Shown here: positions 19,630 to 29,295 of the stretch, piece by piece
Layout: every line of letters starts with the position of its first letter
How positions within the stretch are numbered: position 1 is the stretch's first letter
Origin: Polyangiales bacterium
Lineage (GTDB): Bacteria > Myxococcota_A > Polyangia > Polyangiales > Houyiibacteriaceae
Direction of reading: 5' to 3'
NCBI GenBank assembly: GCA_045106895.1
Contig: JBGCFM010000014.1
Span: 1-53,655 of the forward strand
DNA: 53,655 bases
Notes under the pieces: model-generated
Told to the model about the DNA's origin: nothing
The model's database searches: none
The model's input: the letters and a program-made list of their open reading frames with translations, nothing else
Translations under genes and position numbers: made by a program

Positions 19630-20904
19630 GTGAGTGCAGAAGCCGACTTCGGAAGTCTTGAGCCTAAGGTAGGCAACCTCCCTGCGTCTCGCTCCAAAGA
19701 CTTCGTCGACCGCCTGGCGCGCTCCGAGTCACCGGCCTTTACCGCCCGTCGCACGCGACGCGAAAACGAAAGCGGCGCCGCCCAAGACCCCATCGTCTGG
19801 AGTCGAGCGCACGGGTCCAACGTGGAAGACGTCGACGGCAACATCTACGTCGACCTGAGCTCCGGTTTCGGCGTCGCCGCCATCGGTCACTCCCACCTCG
19901 CCATTCAAGCGGCCATCGCGCAGCAGTCCACGCTGCTCATTCACGCTCTCGGCGATCTTCACCCCTCCGACCGAAAGGTTGAAGTCCTCGAACGTCTCTG
20001 CGAACTCGCCCCATGGAAAGAGGCCCGTGGCGTTCTCTCCCTTTCGGGTTCGGAAGCCGTTGAAGTGGCCCTCAAGACCGCTGCGCTTCACAGCCGAAAG
20101 CCCGGCCTCGTCGCTTTTGACGGCGGCTATCACGGCCTCGCCTACGGCCCTCTCGCCGCCTGCGGCTACTCCGAACCCTTCCGGGCCCCATTCGCCACGC
20201 AGCTCAACCCAGCCGTCTACCTTCGCCCCTTCGGCATCGACCCAGGGCCGCTTCCCTCCGACGTCGGCGCGATCCTCGTCGAACCCATTCAGGGTCGAGG
20301 AGGGGTTCATGAGTCACCGCCAGGGTTCCTGAAGACTCTCCGCAAGCGGGCCGATGAGGCGGGCGCGCTGCTCATCGTCGACGAGATCTTCACGGGGCTC
20401 GGACGCTGCGGCCGCACCTTCGTGTCCGGCGATGAAGCAGACCTGCTCTGCATCGGGAAAGCTCTCGGTGGTGGTGTTCCTATCAGCGCGTGTCTCGGCA
20501 AGTCCAGCGTCATGGACGCCTGGGCCGGAGACGGCGTCGGCGGCGAAGCCATTCACACGGGGACCTTCTACGGCAACCCCCTCGGCTGCGCTGCAGCCCT
20601 CGCCACCTTGGACGTTCTTCGTGATGAGGCCCTTAGTGAGCGCGCCGTCGAGGTTGGCGCACGATTCCGCGCCGCGCTGAGCCCGCTTGGGGAAGTGCGC
20701 GGCGAAGGCCTCATGCTCGGACTCATTCCCGGCGCGATAGAGGGGAATGTCCTCGCGCTGGTCCGGCGCCTCCTCGAGCGCGGCTTCATCACCTTGCCCG
20801 CTGGTATGAACGCTGAAGTTCTCCAGCTCGTTCCGCCCCTCAACATCCCCGAAGCCCTCCTTGAGTGCTTCACCGCCACCCTCACGGAACTTCTCGCAGA
20901 ATGA
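19630..20904 (+). CDS. class III PLP-dependent aminotransferase
   Basis: DVDGNIYVDL, SGSEAVE, GYHG, VEPIQGRGG, DEIFTGLGR, GKALGGG, HTGTFYGNP. Confidence 0.92.
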   Translation: MSAEADFGSLEPKVGNLPASRSKDFVDRLARSESPAFTARRTRRENESGAAQDPIVWSRAHGSNVEDVDGNIYVDLSSGFGVAAIGHSHLAIQAAIAQQSTLLIHALGDLHPSDRKVEVLERLCELAPWKEARGVLSLSGSEAVEVALKTAALHSRKPGLVAFDGGYHGLAYGPLAACGYSEPFRAPFATQLNPAVYLRPFGIDPGPLPSDVGAILVEPIQGRGGVHESPPGFLKTLRKRADEAGALLIVDEIFTGLGRCGRTFVSGDEADLLCIGKALGGGVPISACLGKSSVMDAWAGDGVGGEAIHTGTFYGNPLGCAAALATLDVLRDEALSERAVEVGARFRAALSPLGEVRGEGLMLGLIPGAIEGNVLALVRRLLERGFITLPAGMNAEVLQLVPPLNIPEALLECFTATLTELLAE

Positions 20905-21920
20905 GGGATACGCTCCATCAGCGAATCCAGGCGGCCATGACCTCGGCCCCCGACGAAGATGTGGTCGACGCGCTCTTCGCGGATCTACGTGCATACCAGC
21001 GTGAGCGGATCGCTCCCTACGAACGTATGCTCGCCGCGCGCTCTCACCCCGCTGGACTCCCCACCGACGTATTCCGCTTTGCACGCATCGCGGCGTTTCC
21101 CGAAGCTGAGAGCACACGGACCTTTCGCACCTCTGGCACGACCCATGGCGCACGCGGCGAGCACCACTACAAAGACCTGACGCTCTACGACCGGGGAGCG
21201 CAGATCGCCGCGCGACGCATGCTCTTCCCCGACGTCGACAAGATGCGCCTGATTCTCCTCGTCGCGCCGGAGGACCAAGTCCCGGACTCATCACTCGGCT
21301 ACATGCTCGCGCGCTTCACCGAGTGGTTCGCTTCTTCCCACGAATACGTCTGGCCAGCGAACGCAGCTGCGCTCTCGACGGCGCTGGCGAAGTCTCAAGA
21401 GCCCGTCGCCCTCCTCGGAACAAGTTTCGCCTTTGTCCACGTATGCGACGAAGCGACGAGGCGGTGGGCGCTTCCTCCTGGCAGTCGCATCATGCAGACA
21501 GGCGGTTTCAAGGGTCGCAGCCGCACACTCGACGCCAGCGCGATGCGCGCGCTTCTCAGCGAGACCTTTGGCATCCCTGAATCACACATCGTCAGCGAGT
21601 ACGGTATGACGGAGCTGAGCTCTCAGATGTACGAAACCTCCCTCGTCGACGCCCTCGCCGGTAGCGCACGCGAACGTCACTATTGGGCTCCCTGGTGGAT
21701 GCGCGTCACGCCCGTCGACGCCGCAACACTTCTGCCCTCCGTAAGCGCCGGGGACGTAGGCATCCTTCGCCTCGAAGATGCCGCCAACCTCGACTCCGTG
21801 GCGTGCCTTCAAACCGCAGACCGGGGCCGACTCGTTCCCGGCGGCTTTCAGCTCCTCGGCCGTGATCCAAACGCCGTCCCTCGAGGATGCAGTTTGGCCG
21901 CCGAAGAAGCCCTCACGTGA
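20901..21920 (+). CDS. LuxE-like acyl-protein synthetase
   Basis: FRTSGTT, QTGGFKGR, SEYGMTELSSQMY, DAANLDS, TADRG, C-terminal RGCS acyl-acceptor motif; ATGA overlap with the aminotransferase. Confidence 0.88.
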   Translation: MRDTLHQRIQAAMTSAPDEDVVDALFADLRAYQRERIAPYERMLAARSHPAGLPTDVFRFARIAAFPEAESTRTFRTSGTTHGARGEHHYKDLTLYDRGAQIAARRMLFPDVDKMRLILLVAPEDQVPDSSLGYMLARFTEWFASSHEYVWPANAAALSTALAKSQEPVALLGTSFAFVHVCDEATRRWALPPGSRIMQTGGFKGRSRTLDASAMRALLSETFGIPESHIVSEYGMTELSSQMYETSLVDALAGSARERHYWAPWWMRVTPVDAATLLPSVSAGDVGILRLEDAANLDSVACLQTADRGRLVPGGFQLLGRDPNAVPRGCSLAAEEALT

Positions 21921-22939
21921 ACCACCGTCGGCACAAGGCCATCGCGGACACTATCGAAAGCCTCGCCGACGCGGGCCTAGAAACGTCCATCTCGCAGGAG
22001 ACCGGCCTCTCGCCACAGGTCGTGCGCCACGGCCTTGCCACTTCGTTCCACGATCTTCGCGAGGAGCTCTCCTGCATCGCTGCCCTGCCGGGAGCGCGAG
22101 CTTCCAGCGGCTTCATCGCCCTCGCCGGCAACGTCTTCAGCGCGTGCCTTCGACCCTTCGCCACCGCAGCCGTCCTTGAAGTCCCACTTCAAGCTCGCGT
22201 CTCCTCTCGCGAGAGCGCCTTCGCCACGGCCCTCGGCCATGCGCTCAAGCCTTTCTGCGACATCGAACTTCTTCGCTTCCCCAACACCGACGACGCTTCC
22301 TTTCGCGCCGCCATTCAGAGCGCGGACTTTTGCGAGGCCTACGGAAGTGACGAGACCCTCGACGCCCTCTCGGTGTTTACGCCGACGATGATCCGCCGCG
22401 GTCATGGCCTCGGCGTCGTCTTGCTTGGGGCGTCCATCGACGACCTCGCATACGACGCCCTCGCCGAAGACATCGCCGCCTACGATCAACGCGGCTGTCT
22501 CTCCCCTCGCGTCGTGTTCGCGGAGGGCGAACTTGAGGCACACGCCGAAAAGCTCGACGACTCTCTCACGCGCGTTGAAGAGCGCCTCCCGCGCGGCGAG
22601 GTTTCAACAGACGTACAAGCAGCGTCGAGTCAATGGCGCGGAACCGCCGCCGCACTTCACCCACTTCGCGAGTCTCCCTCCCACGCCATCGTCGTCGACG
22701 AGATGGGCGGCTTTCCTATAGGCCCGACCCACCGTCACGTTGTGATCCGACCGATGTCGCTGGCTCAGGAAGCCCTCGCTCGACTTGGCTCGCACACGAA
22801 GGTCATCGGACACGCGGGCCTTCAAGCTCCGCCCAAAGCCCCCTGTCGAGTGTGCGACGTCGGCCAAATGCAACGTCCACGTCTCAGCGCCGCAGCCGAT
22901 GGCTACGCTGCGGGTGCAGGGTTCATCCTCGAGTCATAG
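21917..22939 (+). CDS. LuxC-like acyl-CoA/acyl-protein reductase (compact ALDH-fold)
   Basis: LAGNV, AYGSDET, GHGLG, YDQRGCLSP catalytic Cys motif, VGQMQRP; GTGA overlap with luxE. Confidence 0.8.
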   Translation: MNHRRHKAIADTIESLADAGLETSISQETGLSPQVVRHGLATSFHDLREELSCIAALPGARASSGFIALAGNVFSACLRPFATAAVLEVPLQARVSSRESAFATALGHALKPFCDIELLRFPNTDDASFRAAIQSADFCEAYGSDETLDALSVFTPTMIRRGHGLGVVLLGASIDDLAYDALAEDIAAYDQRGCLSPRVVFAEGELEAHAEKLDDSLTRVEERLPRGEVSTDVQAASSQWRGTAAALHPLRESPSHAIVVDEMGGFPIGPTHRHVVIRPMSLAQEALARLGSHTKVIGHAGLQAPPKAPCRVCDVGQMQRPRLSAAADGYAAGAGFILES

Positions 22940-22956
22940 AGCCCAGCTGGGCTCTA
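22937..22956. repeat. perfect 20-bp palindrome between convergent genes, adjoining the IS target
   Basis: tagagcccagctgggctcta is its own reverse complement. Confidence 0.85.
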
Positions 22957-24167
22957 GTGTCCTGAGTCTCAGCTGTCGTATAAAAGTGTGGGATCGGCGT
23001 ACAGGTCGAGCTGTCGCTGACAGTGTCGTGCGACAGCAGCGATGATCTGGTCAGCCGATTTCGTCCAGATGAACGGCTTTGGGTCTTTGTTGTGAGCTTC
23101 GATGAAGCTTCGAATCGAGGCTTCAAGAGCCTGAGTGCTCCGGTGGACTCCGCGCTTCAGGGCGCGCTCTGTGAGCAGCGCAAACCACCGCTCGACCTGA
23201 TTCAACCATGAGCTGTATGTCGGCACGAAATGGAAGTGAAAGCGAGGGTGCTTCTTAAGCCATCGCTGAATCTCTGGGGTTGAATGAGTCGCGTAGTTGT
23301 CCATCACGAGATGAACTTGAAGATCACGTGGAACCTCTTTGTCGATGCGCTTCAGGAACTTCCTGAACTCCGCCGCGCGGTGTCGTCGGTGGCACTGACC
23401 GATGACCATGCCGGTCGCGACATCAAGAGCGGCAAACAGAGTTGTGGTGCCATGCCGTAGGTACTGTGGTGTGCGGCGTTCAGGCTGCCCGAAGACCATC
23501 GGGAGCACAGGTTGTCCTCGTTCCAGCGCTTGAATCTGAGACTTCTCGTCGACGCAAAGAACGATCGCGTTGTCGGGTGGCTTCATGTACAGGCCGACGA
23601 CATCGCGCACCTTCTCAACGAAGAAGTCGTCGGTGCTCAGCCGAAACGTACGTTTGCCGATGAGGCTTCAAACCGAACGCACGCCAGACCCGTGAAACCG
23701 TGCTTTGACTCACCCCAATCTTCTTCGCGAGTTGTCGAGTGCTCCAATGCGTTTGCGCCTTCGGAGCAGCCTCTATAGTCATGCGAAGAAGCTCTTCAAC
23801 TTTCTCGTCCGCGAGCTTTCTCGTCACATTCGGCCGCGGCAGATCGTGCAGCGCATGTGTGCCACCTTCCGCAAATCGTTTCCGCCAACGTGAGACAGTT
23901 TGAAGGGACACCCCGACTAACTTGGCGACCTCTGTCGTCGACTGTCCTTCAGCGCACGCGAGTACGATTCGCGACCGCATCCTGAGTTGGTGCGAAACCG
24001 TTCGCCCTTGTGCCCAACGTTCCAGATCCCGTCGCTGCTCCGCGTTAAGCGTGACGGTTATTGGTGGGCGGCCCATGCGTGTATGACTCTGCATGCCGAC
24101 GAAACCGCGGACCACCGCAGAAATTCCTCAATGCCGACCTTTTAATGAAATCGCGGACTCAGGACAC
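22957..24167 (-). mobile_element. IS630-family insertion sequence (~1.2 kb)
   Basis: Terminal IRs GTGTCCTGAGTC (22957-22968) and GACTCAGGACAC (24156-24167), flanked by duplicated TA (22955-56, 24168-69); IS630 transposase inside. Confidence 0.93.
22969..24076 (-). pseudogene. IS630 transposase split by a 1-nt frameshift
   Basis: HTH part (RSRIVLACAEG, HWSTRQLA) in one frame and DDE part (CVDEKSQIQAL, RHGTTTLFAAL, MDNYATH, SSWLNQVERWF) in another; removing one A at ~23653-23655 restores HRQRTFRLSTDDFFVEKVRDVVGLY. Confidence 0.85.
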
Positions 24168-24901
24168 TAGACGCCGATGAAGAGGCGGTGACCGAAGTTC
24201 CGCTCGAGCTTGCTCTGGAAGATCTTCGCGGCCGCGGCTTCGACGTCATACTCGATGCGTTTGAACTCAAAGCGACGTGCTTCGGTGTCGAACACGGTGT
24301 AGCTCGCACGCGGGTCGTAGTCGCGAGGCTGGCCGACACTGCCGACGCTCGTGATGTACTTGCGGTCTGGCTTCAACACGAAGTCTTCAGCGGGAAGTTC
24401 CACAACGTCATCCGGCGTCATCTCGAACACCTTACAAAGGTGGCTGTGGCCGATGAGCGTGATGTCGCCAAGCTCGTCCCAGATCTGCAAACACTGTCGT
24501 GCGCCGCTGGGCTCAAAGATGTACTCGAAGTCTTCCAGTCGCAGAGGACTGCCGTGGCAAAGATGAAGCCCGCACTCAAGCTCGTGCTTGTACGGGAGCG
24601 TCTTCAACCACTCGAGGTTCTCGCTGGAGAGTGTGCTCGCATGAAGGTCGAGTGCTTCACGCGCCGCCTCGTAGTAATACGAGTAGTCCATGCGTCCGGC
24701 GACGGCTGCGTCGTGATTCCCGAGAATCGTGACTTCCGTACCTTCGCGAATGATGTCTGCGCACTCGTTTGGACTCGCGCCGTATCCGACAACGTCGCCC
24801 AAACAATAGTAGGCATCGATCGACTCTGACTTGAATCCGCCCATGACAGCCGAGAGGGCTTCAATGTTGGCGTGAACGTCGCTGAAAATGCCTAGGCGCA
24901 T
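24167..24901 (-). CDS. metallophosphoesterase (calcineurin-like)
   Basis: SDVHAN, LGDVVGYG, GNHD, HGSP, GHSH, GSVGQPRD. Confidence 0.92.
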   Translation of the reverse strand: MRLGIFSDVHANIEALSAVMGGFKSESIDAYYCLGDVVGYGASPNECADIIREGTEVTILGNHDAAVAGRMDYSYYYEAAREALDLHASTLSSENLEWLKTLPYKHELECGLHLCHGSPLRLEDFEYIFEPSGARQCLQIWDELGDITLIGHSHLCKVFEMTPDDVVELPAEDFVLKPDRKYITSVGSVGQPRDYDPRASYTVFDTEARRFEFKRIEYDVEAAAAKIFQSKLERNFGHRLFIGV

Positions 24902-25016
24902 AGGGGGAACACCGTTTCTAAAGCTGATCCCAGAGAATGTCCATGCCTGTCGTATCGGGCCGGTCGACAAACGCGTGGATACAGTGGTTTTTGCGAATAC
25001 CAGACAAAATCATCAG

Positions 25017-27503
25017 TCATTCCGTCGCCACTTTTAGAGATCGAAAGAACGCTCGAGAGAATCCAGCCGGGACGGACGGCTTCTCTTCCGTCTCTCTCTT
25101 CGCTCGATAAGAGCGAACGGAGCCACGAAGTGCCTCGGCGGCGGCCACCGCTTCTTTGACGGAGAAGCCGCTTAGCGCCTTGTCGTCCTCCTCAAGCAAG
25201 TGCGCCATCGCCGTATGAATCCGCTCTTCGGGCCCTTTCGGATTCTTCACGGCGCGCTCTAGCGGGCGGAGTGTCGAGCTTCCAAAACGCCCGAGCAACC
25301 AAGCCACCTCGCGCCAAGACTCCGTCTTCTCCGCCTGAAGCAAAGAAACAAGAGGGCCAACACCGCGTCGCTGACCAAGCTCACCAAGGCCCAATGCGCA
25401 CCCTTGGCGCACGAAACTTTTCTTCGCGTCGAGCCCATCGATGAGCGCGTCCATGCTGCTCTCGCCGCTCGCCACCATCGCGACGACAATCGACAGAAGG
25501 TCTCCGCGCACCATCTTGCGCATCGACGCGGCGACGGCCTTCAGATGCTCATCGCCGCCGCGCTTCACAAGCTCCTCCGCCACGGCGAGGCGTCGGCGCG
25601 GATGGTCCGCGATGGCGAGCAGAGCGACGTCGTCGAGCGTCGAGGGGTCTCCGCTAACAGCTGGCGGTGGACGAACACTATCGCCTCGACCGCGTGCGAT
25701 ATCACGCTGCGCCTGTTCATGTGCCTCGGGGTCCACGGCGAGTTCAAGTTGGTTCGCGACATCCAAGAGCGCTTCCCAGTTCTTGCCTACCTCCACCGTC
25801 GATAGGCCACTCCCCGCGCGGGCAGTCTTTCGAAAGTTCGCGATGGAACGCTGAACGAGAGCGCCTGGGTCCGCCGCAACCCCCAACGCGACAGCACGCT
25901 CCGCCAACTCTCCCGGGAGCGCCAGACCGTAGCGAAACGCATCGCTCAGCACACGCTCAAAGCTCGCGGCGATCCGTGCTTCTGGGATCGAAAGAGCGAG
26001 GAGAGCAAGATCGCTCTTCTCTGGCTTTGCCCACTTGGCGAGGAGCATGAGTTCGCGGGCAGCGTCTTTCGGCGAGCTTGCGCTCTCGCGCACAACGAAT
26101 GGATGCCCCTTCATGTGAACCGGCGGAGCCGCGGCCAGCGCACGTTCAAGCGCCGTCGACGCGTCCAGCGTTCCCGTCGCTTGTGGAACACGCTCCAGGA
26201 TCGTGGAGAGGTTCGCGCACCGCTCCCCCAGCTTCGTCTTGTACTCATAGCGGTAACGACCGCTCGGAGAGTAGAGCGCGACGCTAACCTCTTCGTCGGC
26301 GCAGAGCTTCTTGAGAAACTCCATGTCCGCTTCTTCCCGTGGGTCGAGCGCAGCTCGTCTCGGGTAGGGTCGCTCACCGCTGAAGTCAGTCAGCGCCAAG
26401 AGCACTACGGGGCGCTCGTCGACGACGACATATTGCACGAGCAGCTCCGCCGCCTCGGAGAACTCCGCCGCGTCATCTCCTTCTTGAAGTCTCGCGAAGA
26501 GGTATGGACCCGCCTCCAGCTCTTCCGCCACCATCTGAGCGAGTGGGTCCGCGAGAAGCGACTGCGGTGCAGGGATCGCTCCCTCCAGCTCTTCCTCGTC
26601 CTCCTCTTCCTCGTCCATCAAAACGGCCTTCAGAGACGCATCGTCGATGGGCTCGACGAGGTCGAGCTGGATGACGTCCGCTACCGCTTCCTCGGCATTC
26701 GGCTGTTCGTCGACCTCTTCGACGTCGTCGACCAGCGCCTCATCGAGAACCGCGTCTTCGACAGCGGCGTCCGGGAGAGCGTCGGCGTCTTCGAGATCCT
26801 CCACGGAACCCAAATCAACCTCGTCGAACTCGTCGTCATCGACCTCCTCCACGGCACGCCTCAGCAACGCCGAGTCGACGACACGCGTCGGCTCTTCGGC
26901 GGAAGGCTCGTCGTCTGCAGCAGGCACATGCGCCAGACGAGCTTGTTCCCGTTCCCGCAAGCGCTCGAAACGCGCATCCAGTTCTTGTTCACGGAGCTCC
27001 AGATCACGACGAAGCGCGTTGAACTCCTCGTGCGTCGCCGCCATCGCCGTCTGCTGACTGAGAAGCTCACTCTGTCCGCGGCGCAACGCCTCCTGCGCAC
27101 CAGAGAGCTGAGCATTCGCAGCGGCCCCTCGCTCGCCGGACTGGATCAATGTCAGCAATCCAGCCGACCCAACCACCGCCTGGCCTTCAAGCATGTAGGG
27201 AAGGAGCGCGTCGCCACTCTCATGCAGGCTCTCCAGGAAATGCGCCCGCTCGAGGAAGAGACGATGCCTCATCACCTCCGGCACCACGAGGGCGAACACC
27301 TCTCGATCGGGGTCGTGAAACACATAGGGCTGAGCCAAGGGCCCTTCCCCTTCCAGCTCGTGGAGCTGCCCCTCGATGGCACGCGCGGCGACGGCGGAAT
27401 CTGTTTTCGCGTTCACGCTCGTATAGATTTCGACCCAGCGGAGGCCGTCGTCGCTTGTCAGAGGTACTTTGGTCGTTGCCGTCTCGCCCACTCGCCGCTT
27501 CAT
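25017..27503 (-). CDS. large hypothetical protein with coiled coil, acidic linker and C-terminal HEAT repeats
   Basis: 828-aa ORF with typical codon usage; heptad region, D/E-rich tract, DALIDGLDAKKSFVRQGCALGLGEL HEAT unit. Confidence 0.75.
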   Translation of the reverse strand: MKRRVGETATTKVPLTSDDGLRWVEIYTSVNAKTDSAVAARAIEGQLHELEGEGPLAQPYVFHDPDREVFALVVPEVMRHRLFLERAHFLESLHESGDALLPYMLEGQAVVGSAGLLTLIQSGERGAAANAQLSGAQEALRRGQSELLSQQTAMAATHEEFNALRRDLELREQELDARFERLREREQARLAHVPAADDEPSAEEPTRVVDSALLRRAVEEVDDDEFDEVDLGSVEDLEDADALPDAAVEDAVLDEALVDDVEEVDEQPNAEEAVADVIQLDLVEPIDDASLKAVLMDEEEEDEEELEGAIPAPQSLLADPLAQMVAEELEAGPYLFARLQEGDDAAEFSEAAELLVQYVVVDERPVVLLALTDFSGERPYPRRAALDPREEADMEFLKKLCADEEVSVALYSPSGRYRYEYKTKLGERCANLSTILERVPQATGTLDASTALERALAAAPPVHMKGHPFVVRESASSPKDAARELMLLAKWAKPEKSDLALLALSIPEARIAASFERVLSDAFRYGLALPGELAERAVALGVAADPGALVQRSIANFRKTARAGSGLSTVEVGKNWEALLDVANQLELAVDPEAHEQAQRDIARGRGDSVRPPPAVSGDPSTLDDVALLAIADHPRRRLAVAEELVKRGGDEHLKAVAASMRKMVRGDLLSIVVAMVASGESSMDALIDGLDAKKSFVRQGCALGLGELGQRRGVGPLVSLLQAEKTESWREVAWLLGRFGSSTLRPLERAVKNPKGPEERIHTAMAHLLEEDDKALSGFSVKEAVAAAEALRGSVRSYRAKRETEEKPSVPAGFSRAFFRSLKVATE

Positions 27504-27618
27504 CCGTTGCTCCTCAAGCTCGTCTCACAAGGTCCCGAGTATCCCACGCGGAGCCCATATGGATCCACTCCCGCGCAACTCCGTGCGTCATGAACCTTCT
27601 CGTTTCATGCTCCCGTCC

Positions 27619-28176
27619 ATGGCTGTACCCAACGAAGTCGTCGATCTCGCCACCGCTTGCATCGCATCCGTCAACAAGACCGTCGGAATCGAGCTCGACT
27701 TCACCCCCGAAACGCTCCCCCTCCTGGACCACTACGCCAAAGAGGTCCTCGATTGCCCAGAGGATGAGCTTCTCGCTTTGACGGCCCCTCTTTGCGGCGC
27801 CTACTTCGGCGAGGTCGTGCGGCGACGCTTCGAGGCCGCTCGTTGGCATGCGCCGAAGGATGAGCACGCCCTGTGGCGAATCGAGTTCGAGCGCGTCTTC
27901 CTCTACTTCAACCCCATCGGCGTCGCCCTCGATGTCATCCTCGAGACCAATGGGCCCTACGCAAGTGAGCTTCTGTTTAAGCCCGAAGACGAAGAGCTGA
28001 TCACGGCGGCCCTCGGCGTCTACAACGACGTCCGCGAAACAGACTACTTCACATTCTCAGTTCGCATGGAAGCCCTGGAGCAGGTCGTCCTCAAGATGGG
28101 CGCCGCCGCGGAAGACAAGAGCCGCACCTACGGCTCGGCGGAATACGCAACCTTTGCCAAGAAGGCCCTCAACTAG
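27619..28176 (+). CDS. hypothetical protein
   Basis: ELDFTPETLPLLDHY and GAYFGEVVRR motifs; start 27607 or 27619. Confidence 0.7.
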   Translation: MAVPNEVVDLATACIASVNKTVGIELDFTPETLPLLDHYAKEVLDCPEDELLALTAPLCGAYFGEVVRRRFEAARWHAPKDEHALWRIEFERVFLYFNPIGVALDVILETNGPYASELLFKPEDEELITAALGVYNDVRETDYFTFSVRMEALEQVVLKMGAAAEDKSRTYGSAEYATFAKKALN

Positions 28177-29246
28177 CGCGGCAAGCGAACACGCCCAGGA
28201 ACGACGCGTGTTCGTTTCTGGGCCGTCTGCAGGCCCAGCGGCCGCATCGCGCCGATGGCGTAGGAACCTGGGTCTACATGCTCGAAGTGATACTCCGCGC
28301 CGGCATCGATCCAGCCAACCGGCGTTCCTCCAACGGTAACAACCATTCGCGCCTGCCCCGTGTTCGCGATCACAACACCGCGAGCTGGGGCATCCTCGTC
28401 CGGCTCACCGCGAGCGCCTCGGACTGTGCGAAGACGAGCATATTGCCCCGGCGCGAGAAACGTCCGCGCCGTCTCCGCCGCGGGCGGCACGGGTGCATTC
28501 TCGTGGTCCGCTCGAAGTGCCGTTCGCGGAAGCTCGACGTAGACATCCGCGGTGCGGGTTGCGCGCCACAAGCCCACACGAAATGAAGGGGGCGTCCCGC
28601 CTACGCCGCACCGACGTTCGAGGGCGTCGGGTGATGTGTGCGACCACTCCGCAATAAACCGGCAGACGAGCGTTCCGGGTCCAACCTGTTCATCCTCAGG
28701 GGGCGTCGACACCCGGAGGCTCGCCTCGCGACGAAGACGACCGCCTTCAAACCACCGTGCAAGCTGCCCAGGTCCCAGAGGTCGCCCCCCCGCTCCATCG
28801 AAAACGTAGACGCCGGGCTGGTCTCGTCGAATTCGAACCTCCGACCCGTCCGGCAAGGGCCAACCGGGGCCGACGAAGCGAGCCCGAAGTCGGTCCTTCG
28901 ATACATCGATGTAGAGTTCAGCGTGCAGCGTGGGGATACGCGAATGACCGCCTCCAAGGTTTCGAGGAACACGAAGAGTGACGCGGTAGACCACACGACG
29001 GGAAGGCACACGCTCCCCGCGCGCATACTCCGGGTCGTCGACGAACGCCGGAATGAACACCCGCCCCTCGGCCTCAGATTCTTGTGCTTCCGATGGCGCG
29101 AACACCACCTCCGGCGGCGGGGTGATCGCCGCGGGATCGAGCTCGGTGCCAGGAAGCGCGTGAAGGTCCTCGCCGCAGCCTGTCATCCCAACGACAAGAC
29201 CCACGAGGAAGTACCCCGCGAGTCGGTGCGTAGTGGATGATTCCAA
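28173..29246 (-). CDS. hypothetical lipoprotein
   Basis: TTG 29246 gives a signal peptide ending MTGC; long ORF downstream of the PEGA gene. Confidence 0.6.
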   Translation of the reverse strand: MESSTTHRLAGYFLVGLVVGMTGCGEDLHALPGTELDPAAITPPPEVVFAPSEAQESEAEGRVFIPAFVDDPEYARGERVPSRRVVYRVTLRVPRNLGGGHSRIPTLHAELYIDVSKDRLRARFVGPGWPLPDGSEVRIRRDQPGVYVFDGAGGRPLGPGQLARWFEGGRLRREASLRVSTPPEDEQVGPGTLVCRFIAEWSHTSPDALERRCGVGGTPPSFRVGLWRATRTADVYVELPRTALRADHENAPVPPAAETARTFLAPGQYARLRTVRGARGEPDEDAPARGVVIANTGQARMVVTVGGTPVGWIDAGAEYHFEHVDPGSYAIGAMRPLGLQTAQKRTRVVPGRVRLPR

Positions 29247-29295
29247 GGCTCGAGGATGCGCTCTCTCTACGACGGCCGCTACGCGACCGGTAGTC

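Noticed and set aside
20901..22939. Bioluminescence (lux) operon
   Set aside because: No luxA, luxB or luxD; ribA is ~9 kb away in an unrelated operon
22969..24115. Two-ORF IS630 with programmed -1 frameshift
   Set aside because: Rejoining needs a +1 shift and no slippery A-run is present
26103..27593. 496-aa plus-strand ORF, and similar long antisense ORFs (89-958, 2886-4427, 4476-5696, 40325-41281)
   Set aside because: Shadow ORFs opposite well-supported genes, as expected at high GC; no recognisable motifs
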